From Blasia pusilla (taxonomy: Eukaryota): 64,000 nucleotides of DNA. This document shows positions 47,626 through 57,624 of this stretch, piece after piece. Within the stretch, counting starts at the first letter, position 1, and every line of letters begins with the position of its first letter. The stretch is taken from assembly GCA_050084515.1 (NCBI GenBank), contig CM114271.1, positions 5,580,001-5,644,000 of the forward strand, written 5' to 3'. The notes below the pieces were generated by a model, which worked only from the letters and a program-made list of their open reading frames with translations, searched no databases and was not told the origin of the DNA. The translations under genes and the position numbers were made by a program.

Positions 47626-48544
47626 TAGCTGAGCAGAGGTGGATGCGAGTGTCATCCATACTGTCACGTCCACGAGTTGCACCATTGCCTACAGGGTCTG
47701 TACAGGCATTGGCTTGGGGCGAGACGAGGAGAGATAGGCACCCATGGACTTCCTCGGATGTCGTTCGAGCAGAGAGTGCAAAGGCGGCTAGAGTAGCACA
47801 TGTTCATTTTTTGGATGTGGAGCATGGTGTAGGAGGTCAGAGTGGAGTGGCTGTTGCGGAGATGGCTAGGGTTGCTACATAGCAACCAAAGCCGGAGGTT
47901 ACGTCCTCTCCGAGTGAGGTCACGATGGAGACTTGGGAGCGTGTGATAGGTCTCAAGTTGATAGGAGGAGAGCGACGGCGAGTTCATAGGTTTCTGAGAG
48001 GGCATGTTAGTTGTTTTGCCTTCAGTATGAGAGACTTGGGTACGCTGAAGGGTCCCGGGATACGGATTGAGTTGGCTAGTGATACGCCGATCTTTCGTCG
48101 ACCCTACAGGTATTCTGATATGGAGCGAGCCTTGATTTGAGCAAGAGTCGAGGACTAGTTGGAGGCAGGACTTGTGGAGTTATCACATGGGGAGTATGCA
48201 TCCGCCAGTATGTCATGCCGGCGAAGAAGGATATGTATGGCAATTGGACGGATAGGCGGATGTGTGGAGATTACCGTCCTATCAATCGACAGACGAGGTC
48301 AGACCGGTACGCCATGCGTACTCCTGAGGAGATCTTTGATGCGGTAGGGCATGCAAAGATCTTCAGTACTTTAGATCTCCGTGCTGGCTATCATCAGCTT
48401 CCTATCAGGTTGGAGGATAGGGAGAAGACAACATTCTGGGGGATAGATTGGTTCGGGAGAGATTGCTTGTATTAGTGGCGGTTCTTACCATTTGGGTTGA
48501 AGAATGCGCCTGTAGAGTTTCAGAGAGTGATGGATAGGATTCTG

Positions 48545-51500
48545 TGTCGCGACCCTCATAACCAAACAACACCAAATACGCGCCAAGCGAAACATCAGAA
48601 CTCAAAGGAACTCACGCCGCGAGGTTTGCGCTTTGGAGAGGCGTTTGGTAGAGTCTCTTGGAAAAGTCTAAGAGACGAAACGCGGAACAGAGTTGTGCGT
48701 TTCATGCGTTAGTGGTCGCGACCAGGAAACCTAGACCAAACGCGAGCCGAGACTTGAGATGAGTTGAGTCTTGGAGGTTGGTTGCCAAAGAGGTGAGAAC
48801 CAGTTTGGAACATGACTAGCGTTTGGGAGAATCTGACTGTGTTTAGGACCATAACGTTGAGCTCCAAGATGCGTTCGGGACAAGTAAGGGCGCGTTGGAA
48901 AGCTGATCTTGAGACGCTTCCAACGCACCAAAGATCTCAGCAAACGCATAAGTACAGGCTGAGATATTGGCCGAAAACAATTCAGAGAGCAATCGGGTTG
49001 AGGGCCAATTGGAGGGGCCCGGGTGTCTTTCCCTAAATGTAGGGGGCCCCGGAGATCCCCAGAAGTACTAGTAAGGGGAGTACCTTCTTTGAGATGTCTC
49101 GGGAAATGAAACCCCACTTTGGCGCCAAACGGCGTTTGAGGCACGGATGAAACGGGAGTTTGGCGCGGAAACCCAAACCCAAACCTGATCCAAGGGAGTG
49201 GACTTTTACGCCACACTTGGATTCCAACCGAGATTCACCGTGCGAGTCTTGGTGAGGAACTCATTGGATGTTCATCGGACGATTGGAACCGCTAGGCGTG
49301 AGACGCCGTTTCAGGTTCCTGAACCGACCAGAAAGTCTGTCCCAAGTCTTTCGAGACTTGCCCGTGTTGGAAACCGCGAAACTAGGAAGGTTGAGCTTGA
49401 AGAGAGAGTCCGAGACGAGAACTCGGAAAGTAATCCCGCTGATTGATCCAAGACCCGACTAACCGGTGCGTGTTTGGATGCAGATCAGCGTTGAGAGCGT
49501 GACCTCATCGAACGCACGCTTCCGCAACAAACAAGATTAACGTTCAAGGAGAGTAGGCGCACGACACGTGGTATCAGAGCTAGAGGCTCCATTTCCTTGA
49601 TGAGCGTGAACTTGGGGTCGTTGAAGATCTAGACGTTTGGGGAGAACTCAAGGTTGCCGGAAGACCGCGACGCCGAGGAGGAACGCAAGAGGCGAGGAGG
49701 AGATCTGAGAAAAGGCGACGACTCGCAAATGGCGACCAAGGACGAAGAACCGAGGAAACCGCGAGTCAAAGCAAAGAAGCCAAGAGATTTAATCAATGAC
49801 GGACCGAGAGCCGGAGGTGGAATTTTGCGACTCGAAGTGCGAGTCCCGGACATGAGGATGTTCCAACCGAAAATCTTTCCGCGGGACCTTCGGGTCCAAA
49901 CTTAAACAATCCGGCCTTTTATACCCAAATGATGGGATTGATGAAGGTGATGGCGGACCAGATGGCTGAACAGAGTAAGGTGATCTCGGAATTCAAGTCA
50001 AAGGAGACTCAGAGCATACGAAAGCAAGAAGTCGACCGACACCGAAAGGAGATGGCCTACTCATGAGAAAGAGTTGTTTGCGGTGGTTCATTGCTTGAGG
50101 AAGTGGCGTCACTATTTGGGACTTCACAGACTCGAGTATTCACCGATAACATATCGCTCAAGTATTTTGAGACCAGGATCGCGTGGACGCCAAAACAACC
50201 GGTGGCATGATACCTTGGCGTTGATGAATGTGGAGCTAATCCACAAGCCGGGAAGGACAATGTCATTCCAGATCGTTAAGTCGCAGGATGAACACATGCC
50301 ATCGGCGACACAAGTGTTGAGAGCAATGTTCCCTAATGAAACAGACACTGGAAAGAAGGATTCGTGAAGGATACATGAAGGATGAGCAAGCGAGGAGTAC
50401 CTTGGGAAGTTAAAGCGGGGAGAAGGTGGCCAATCTGAGTTTGAGACACGGCTTGCTAAGGTTTAAGCAGAGCAGGATCTATGTAGGCCAAGGCAAGCTA
50501 CGAACCAAGGTGTTTGTTGTGGAATGTCATGATGGACCTTTGGCGGGACACAAAGGGGAGAAATCCACTCTTGCTGTTTTGTCTAAGAGGTTCTTCTGGC
50601 CCAACATGAAGGAAGATGTTGCTCAATATGTGAAAACATGCGTGACTGCCAAAGTAACGCGTGTCTTATGCGAAGAAACAAGGTTTACTTCATCCTTTGC
50701 CAATCCCGGAGGGACCCTTGCAAAGCATTAGCATGGATTTCATTACGAGTCTTCCAGAATCTGAGGGATACAACGCTATACTTGTGATAGTTGATCGGTT
50801 TAGCAAGTTGGGGAGGTTTGTGCCGACGAGAGAGTCTGCGACGGCCTACGCGACTTCCCGACTATTCCTGGATGGTTGGTGGCGTGCGCACGGATTGCCT
50901 AGGAGCATTGTGTCCGATCGGGATCCGAAGTTTACCAGTGCCTTTTGGAAACATCTATTCAGGAGGTTCCGGACCAAACTCAGCTTTAGTACGGCCTTCC
51001 ATCCTCAAACGGATGGGCAAACGGAAAAAGTAAACTCGGTCGTAAACCAATACTTACGGAATTACGTGAGTGCGGACCAAAGAGATTGGGCCAAGTGGTT
51101 AAGTATGGCTGAGTATTGTTACAACTCGACTAAGCATTCTGCAACCGGAGAATCTCCGTTTCTTCTGGCGTATCAAAGAGAACCAGAAGGGCCTCTTGAC
51201 TTAGCTCTTTCGAAGGGCAATACATCGACACACACTCGTCAAGCAACGGCGGAATGTTTGTTAGTGGAAATGCAGGAACGACAAGAGCGAGCGAGAGAAA
51301 GTCTCGCCAAGGCTCAACTAAGGTACGTAAAGCATGCTAACAAAAGTCGGCGCCATGTGAGTTTCCAAGTTGGGGAACAAGTGTGGTTGAGTGTTAAGAA
51401 TCTCACTCTTCCGAAAGAATTGTTCATGAAATTGTCACCAAGTATCTTCGGACCGTATGTGATCAAGGCAAAGCCGTTTGAGGATGTGTACACGTTGAGC

Positions 51501-53511
51501 CGCTAATCGAGTTCAAGATTCACTCGACTTTCCATGTGTCATTATTGAAGAAGTATCTTCAAGACAATGCGCCCGGAGCAAAGGAGGATGTTGAGACCAC
51601 AACCGGTCATCGAAATGAGGAACCGAGTTCGAGGTTGAGACTATTCTGCGCCCAGACGTAGGGGCCACCAAGCACGAGTACTTGGTCAAGTGGAAAGGCT
51701 ATCATGTGAAAGAGGCGACTTGGATTGCGGAGGCGGATCTAGAACATGCGCAAGAAGCATTGCGTGACTTCAGATGGATGCAAGAAAGGCACGTGCGTTA
51801 GTACATGGTGAAGCAATGGACATAACTTGTGACCGGAAAGCTTGGGCCGATAACCCGTTGTAACTAGAAAGGTTTAGTTGTTGCAATAAAGAAGACATGG
51901 ATTTGGAGATTCGATGCTTGTATTGTAATTTTGAGTTTGGTTTGTGCAAGGCAATGAGTAGTTCTTCATATGCTTAGGATGTAAGTCAAGGAGACCAAAC
52001 AATGAGTATTTGAGGTGAGAGCTTGTATTCAGATAAGGCATCTAGATCAGGACCAAGTGTTGAAGTACTAGCATTTGGGCTCGCCCTAACGTCGGCGGGG
52101 CAGATGAGTCTGTCTTGGGGTTTGTGGTGATCTCATTCATGTTTCATGACTGAACTTAGTGACGCGCCTAGGTGGAATACAGGTGACCCAAAAGTAGTAC
52201 GAGTTGGCTAGGTAGACAGGCGGTTGTTTACAAATAGTGAGTGAAGTGTTAGGTTGCAGACTTAGTGAGCTTATTTTGATAGTTAGATTAGTTTGGCAGA
52301 ACTAGTCTAGGCTCATCGTAGCGAAGCTAATAAGTCTAAGTGCCGCAAGCGACAAACCTAAGACTTAAGCCAAAAAGAGGAATGCGGGTTAGCTACGTAA
52401 CGCGATTACGTGTTAAGGGTCGGCTTCCCAGAACTTAACATCAATAAGGTTTGCGTTGATGAGGACATCAACCTTCTAAGGAGGGGTGAGTGTCGCGACC
52501 CTCATAACCAAACAACACCAAATACGCGCCAAGCGAAACATCAGAACTCAAAGGAACTCACGCGCGAGGTTTGCGCTTTGAGAGGCGTTTGGTAGAGTCT
52601 CTTGAAAAGTCTAAGAGACGAAACGCGAACATAGTTGTGCGTTTCATGCGTTAGTGGTCGCGACCAGAAACCTAGACCAAACGCGAGCCGAGACTTGAGA
52701 TGAGTTGAGTCTTGGAGGTTGGTTGCCAAAGAGGTGAGAACCGATTTGGAACATGACTAGCGTTTGGGAGAATCTGACTGTGTTTAGGACCATAACGTTG
52801 AGCTCCAAGATGCGTTCGGGACAAGTAAGGGCGCGTTGGAAAGCTGATCTTGAGACGCTTCCAACGCACCAAAGATCTCAGCAAACGCATAAGTACAGGC
52901 TGAGATATTGGCCGAAAACAATTCAGAGAGCAATCGGGTTGAGGGCCAATTGAGGGGCCAGGTGTCTTTTCCTAAATGTAGGGGGCCCCGGAGATCCCCA
53001 GAAGTACTAGTAAGGGGAGTACCTTCTCTGAGATGTCTCGGGAAACGAAACCCCACTTTGGGCGCCAAACGGCGTTTTGAGGCACGGATGAAACGGGAGT
53101 TTGGCGCGAAACCCAAACCCAAACCTGATCCAAGGGAGTGGACTTTGTACGCCACACTTGGATTCCAACCCGAGATTCACTTCGTGCGAGTCTTGGTGAG
53201 GAACTCATTGGATGTTCATCGGACAGTTGGAACCGCTAGGCGTGAGACGTCGTTTCAGGTTCCTGAACCGACCAGAAAGTCTGTCCCAAGTCTTTCGAGA
53301 CTTGCCCGTGTTGGAAACCGCGAAACTAGGAAGGTTGAGCTTGAAGAGAGAGTCCGAGACGAGAACTCGGAAAGTAATCCCGCTGATTGATCCAAGACCC
53401 GACTAACCGAAGTGCGTGTTTGGATGCAGATCAGCGTTGAGAGCGTGACCTACTGAACGCACGCTTCCGCAACAAACAAGATTAACGTTCAAGGAGAGTA
53501 GGCGCACGACA
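48545..53511 (+). mobile_element. Nested chromovirus (Ty3/Gypsy), internally deleted (no PR or RT), recent insertion
   Basis: LTRs 48545-49566 and 52491-53511 (TGTCGCG...CACGACA); TSD TTCTG at 48540-48544 and 53512-53516; PBS TGGTATCAGAGC at 49569-49580 (tRNA-iMet); PPT aaggaggggtgag at 52478-52490. Confidence 0.95.
50055..51775 (+). pseudogene. RNase H C-terminus, integrase and chromodomain of the nested chromovirus (frameshifted)
   Basis: HEKELFAVVHCLRKWRHYL; CHDGPLAGHKG; ISMDFITSLP, SIVSDRDPKFTS, HPQTDGQTEKVN; GPY; chromodomain EFEVETIL...EYLVKWKGYHVKEATWIAEADLEHA (~51625-51770). Confidence 0.9.
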
Positions 53512-53980
53512 TTCTGGCTGGCTTGGATTTTTGTACGATGTTACATAGATCATATTCTTATCTTCAGTTCCACGGTTGAGGAGCATGAGAGACACTTGGA
53601 GGAGGTGTTTCGGGGATTGCAGTTACATGGACAGAAGTTACATCTAGGCAAGTGCAGATTCTTTCAGGAGCAGATTGAGTACTTGGGACACACCATATAC
53701 CCGAGTGGGTTAGGCGTTCAGCAGACGAAGGTAGAGGCTATTGCGTAGATTCCACGCCCCATGATGTGAGTCGAGTCCGAGCATTTCTTGGAGTGGCGAA
53801 CTTCTATCGACGGTATGTCAAAGGTTTTAGTGCGATCGCAAAGTCTTTGACCTTGTTGACGAGACTTGATCAGGTTTGGTTGTGGGGGGATGATCAGGAG
53901 CGAGCATTTCAGGAGCTCAAGGATAGGTTGACGTCCTCACCCATTTTACAGAGACCGGTTAGGGGTCGCCCATTCTAGTT

Positions 53981-55800
53981 ACATACGGATTGGAGCATGT
54001 TGGGTCTAGGAGCAGTGCTTACTCAGAGGGATGACGAGGAGAGGGAGTTCGTTGTGGCTTACGCCAGCCGATTGAACAACATTGCCGAGGCAAAGTACAA
54101 CTCCTACGAGGGAGAGTGCTTGGCTGTAGTGTGGATTGTGGCACATTTCAGGTGCTATTTATTTGGTAACCCTTTCACACTTATCACTGATCATCAGCCG
54201 TTGAGGTGGTTGATGGAGTCCGAAAAGCTTATGGGCAAGCTTGCCAGGTGGGCTCTATTACTACAGGAGTATGAGTTTGAGGTGGTTCATAGGCCAGGTT
54301 GGTGAAGCAGGATGGGGATGGGTTGAGTCATAACCCATGTCCGAGTCAGAGAGACGATACAAGAGCTCGATGGCACGGAGAGAGTGATGAGGAGATGGTG
54401 CATGGTTGGCATGCATCTGCCTATCTTTGTTGGTTGACTATGGCAGGTCAGCCACACGTAATGACTCCAATGGTGGGGTTGAATGATGAGTCCTTAGATC
54501 CGGAGGTTAGTGAGGAGGCGACAGATGATCGTGATATCCATGATGACGTGGAGGTTGTGGAGTTCTTGCGCACTGGCGTCATTGCGAGTACAGTGAGTGC
54601 TAGGGAGCGGGATCGGATCCTACAGAGAGCCAAGAGGTTCAGGTGGGAGGGGACTCATATTTTGCGGGTATGGGGAGATGGTAGGATACGAGTGGTATCT
54701 CATCCTTCCCAGCGAGCACGTGTAGTGCAACATGCTCATGAGAAGTTGGGACATTTCGGAGTAAAGCGTACTTACAGCTTACTCCAGGTTCAGTATTGGT
54801 GGCGCGGCATGCATACTGGGGTACAGGAGTTTCTGGCCAGATGTATGGTATGTGACACAGTGCGAGCATCCTTCAATGCTCCCACTCCGCAGTTACATCC
54901 TTTGCCGATTATGGGTTTAGGGTATCGGTGGAGTTTAGACTTTGCAGGACCTTTGCCATTGACGAGACGTCATCACAGGTATGTGTTGGTCATGGTGGAG
55001 CATTTTTCCATGTGGATAGAGTTGGTGGCACTACCAGACAAGGCGAGCGAGGGAACAGCTTATGCGTTTCTAGATCGTGTGCTTAGTCACTTTGGTGCAC
55101 CGGCGGAGGTGTTGACTGAGCAGGGTACCGAGTTCAGGGGAGAGTTTCAGGCCTTGTGTGATGAGGCGATGATAGATCACCACACCACCTCCAGAGATCA
55201 TCCTGAGGCGGATGGGTTGGCGGAGAGAGTGGTAGATACGGTGAAGAGAGGATTGCACAAGTATGGCTTGCAGCGGGGACAGTTGAGGGAGTGGGACCTA
55301 CAGTTGCCATGGTTGGCTATGGGTTATCGCTTTAGTCGGCAGGCATCCTTGGCATCATTTTCACCGTAATTTTTGCTCTTTGGGAGAGAGCCAGATTTAC
55401 CTGCAGCGATTCGACGTGACATGGTGGAGGTGTTAGATGTTGATGATCGAGATGTGTGGGTACAAGCATGTTCTCAGAGGGCACAAGTTTTTCGTCGAGT
55501 TATGCCTATGGCCTTTGAGAACTTAGCTATTGCCCAGCATAGAGATACATTGAGGTACGCGACCATTCGTGGAGGAGGTTATCGTCCAGGGATTAGGAGG
55601 TTTCATCCTGGAGATTACGTGTATTTACAGTAAGCGGCATCCATGACGCTAGATGTCACTGCAGGGCGCACGATCCTACGTGTGCGCGAGGTATTACGGA
55701 CCGGAGTCCTCATGTTGGAGGGACGGGATGGTATGGTTTGGAAGGATCATGTGTGCAATTATGCGCCATGTTATCTTCCGAACGTAGATGGGACGGTGGA
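53981..55800 (+). pseudogene. RNase H and DDE integrase of the DNMT element
   Basis: HTDWSMLGLGAVL, VAYASR, YEGECLAVVW, ITDHQPL; HHCC (HEKLGHFG...CMVC); catalytic core WSLDFAGP / VLTEQGTEF (D>E) / DGLAERVV. Confidence 0.92.
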
Positions 55801-55834
55801 TCCGAGCTTGGCAGTGGTACCTGCAGGCTTGAGG

Positions 55835-55978
55835 TGTATGTTGTGCGGATCTGCGAGGGGTGCAGCCACCATGTTGGTATGTGATGGTTGTTCTCGAGGG
55901 TGGCATATGTCATGTATGACCCCCCCCCCTCTTGATGTGGTTCCCACAGGACGATGGATGTGTCTGAGATGTGTATAG
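55835..55978 (+). other. PHD finger at the integrase C-terminus
   Basis: CMLC-GSARGAATMLV-CDGC-SRGW-H-MS-C-MTPPPLDVVPTGRWM-CLRC is a C4HC3 pattern with the typical P-x-G-x-W motif. Confidence 0.9.
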
Positions 55979-56045
55979 GATAGTAGGTCATGTCAAAGAG
56001 ATGTGATATTTTCTATCTGGAGTTGGGGGGATCCAACTGCCAACT

Positions 56046-56056
56046 AGGGGGGCGGT
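56046..56056 (+). promoter_or_regulatory. Polypurine-tract-like sequence immediately before repeat B1
   Basis: A purine-rich, G-run tract (46046-type PPT pattern A-G-run-CGGT) directly followed by TG at 56057. Confidence 0.6.
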
Positions 56057-56812
56057 TGTGTGATCTCCATGTATATGTATGAGTTGATTTTTTGTACATG
56101 TGTGGATTGACCCGTGTGTGGGGAAGATCGGTGGTGTGGTGAAGATTTGACCAGCGATGTATATTGTGTAGCGATATGTATGCGCACGACAGCTGTCACA
56201 TCTGAATAGCCGATAGGTCGAGATCTATCGTAGATAGGGCGTAGGAGCCTGCGGACTATCTTGAGTGTAACTTTGTCCCACGGTGTCAGATGAGGTTGAG
56301 GATAGATCCATTGTGTCAGGAACGTCGTTTCTGACAACTTTCATTTTGAGGTCTTTTACAGCCGGGTGACTTGTTGACTAGGTCACCCATCCCTGGTAAC
56401 CTGTGCACGCAGGTTACCAAGGGGAGGGCTATTTTTAGGGGAAGAGCTTTTTGGCTCTTCCCAACCCTATATAAGAGAGGAAGATGGCTTTCCTAAGCCA
56501 TCTTTCTCATGTTGGGCCGTTGGAGCACCTGCCTTGTATGTGTGTGAGCTAGGACTAGGGTGCTAGCGTCCGGATTCCTTGATAGCACAGGGTGGACGAG
56601 GCTCGATGTGCCGATGTAGATTGAGGAGTGGAGTTTTAGGCCGGGTGTGCCGATTTTACGACTCTTTATTTTTGTTGTGTGATATCCATGTATATGTATC
56701 AGTTGATTTTTTGTACATCTGTGGATCGACCCATGTGTGGGGAAGATCGATGTTGTGTGGTGTAGATATGACCAGCGATGTATGTTGTGTAGCGATATGT
56801 ATGCGCACGACA
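56057..56812 (+). repeat. 3' terminus: B1 (56057-56191), gc, A2 (56194-56672), B2 (~56676-56812)
   Basis: B1 and B2 are ~135-bp direct repeats (tgtgtgat(c/a)tccatgtatatgtat...gcgatatgtatgcgcacgaca) that flank A2. B is absent after A1. Confidence 0.9.
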
Positions 56813-57236
56813 TCTTGGTCTCTTATCTCTTCTCAAAGAGACCCCTCATCCACATTGCCATACTGGACCTCCATATCCTTCATCAACTCCACGACTTTGA
56901 GCTAAACAAATATCTTGCTCACTAACTTCATCTTCCTCTTGGGGAGATCCTCGTACTTCCGACGCTATTGAATAAAACCTGATCCTTTGTCCAATCATTC
57001 TCTTCCACTTTCCTTGCAAATTCTCCAATTGCACGCTCCGGCCACTTAAGCCGCGACTTTTTGAACTCTCCTTTCAAAACTTTTGGGTCAATGGTGCTAT
57101 CCAAGCGCGCCTTCAATTTATCTACCCTGACGAATTGCGAGACCGTCTTCTTGTTCACCTTCGGAGGGATCTCTGGTGTTGGTATATCGAGGGGTTCTTC
57201 CGTCATCATGATTGTCGTGAGGGCTACGATCTTCAT
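56813..57236 (-). pseudogene. 5' part of the RING/coiled-coil pseudogene split by the 42464-56812 insertion
   Basis: ORF 56928-57236 plus decayed frames run to the junction. Removing one TCTT copy joins them to 42463 without an immediate stop (e.g. EEIRDQ|EKKIVEDHD). Confidence 0.45.
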
Positions 57237-57624
57237 GAGGTGGCAACTCCATCTTATCTTTTACCTAAATACAAAAAGAAAGACGATTTAGAAATGATTC
57301 CAATAATAGGGATATGATGGCACACGATACATCCGCGCATCAATTAAGATTCATCATTTACAAAATTTCATAGTAACACATTCATCTTTTTGAACCAAGT
57401 CCTTCATTTCTCATGAAAAATATCCAATCCTCAAACTTGTTTACAATCATCGTCTACACCTAATACTTAATCGGGATGATGTAGATTCGAGATCATCGTC
57501 TATACCTAATATTTTCGCATTTACTCTGATATATGCAATAAGAAACTCTAAGCTTTTGCCTACTTTCTAATCATTTCTTAATAAGTAAATCTCACGTTTG
57601 CTTGGGCATTCTTGACAGAGAGGT

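Larger units (their letters stand above)
47990..53980 (+). pseudogene. Reverse transcriptase, interrupted at 48544/53512 by a nested LTR element
   Basis: RRMCGDYRPIN, AKIFSTLDLRAGYHQL, PFGLKNAPVEFQRVMDRIL | AGLDF..YIDHILIFS..EEHERHL, VRAFLGVANFYRRYVKGFS. Confidence 0.9.
42464..56812 (+). mobile_element. Non-chromovirus Ty3/Gypsy-type retrotransposon encoding a DNMT3-like methyltransferase and a PHD finger; split-direct-repeat termini; decayed copy
   Basis: Starts TGTCACA (42464) and ends GCACGACA (56812), flanked on both sides by TCTT (4-bp TSD). Domain order is Gag-PR-DNMT-RT-RH-INT-PHD. Multiple stops and frameshifts; a 4967-bp element is nested in the RT. Confidence 0.92.

Noticed and set aside
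56057-56812. B1-A2-B2 as an independent TRIM with 135-bp LTRs
   Set aside because: No TSD flanks B1-B2, there is no internal PBS or PPT, the interior is the host element's own repeat A, and the TSD pairs B2's end with A1's start. Not fully excluded.
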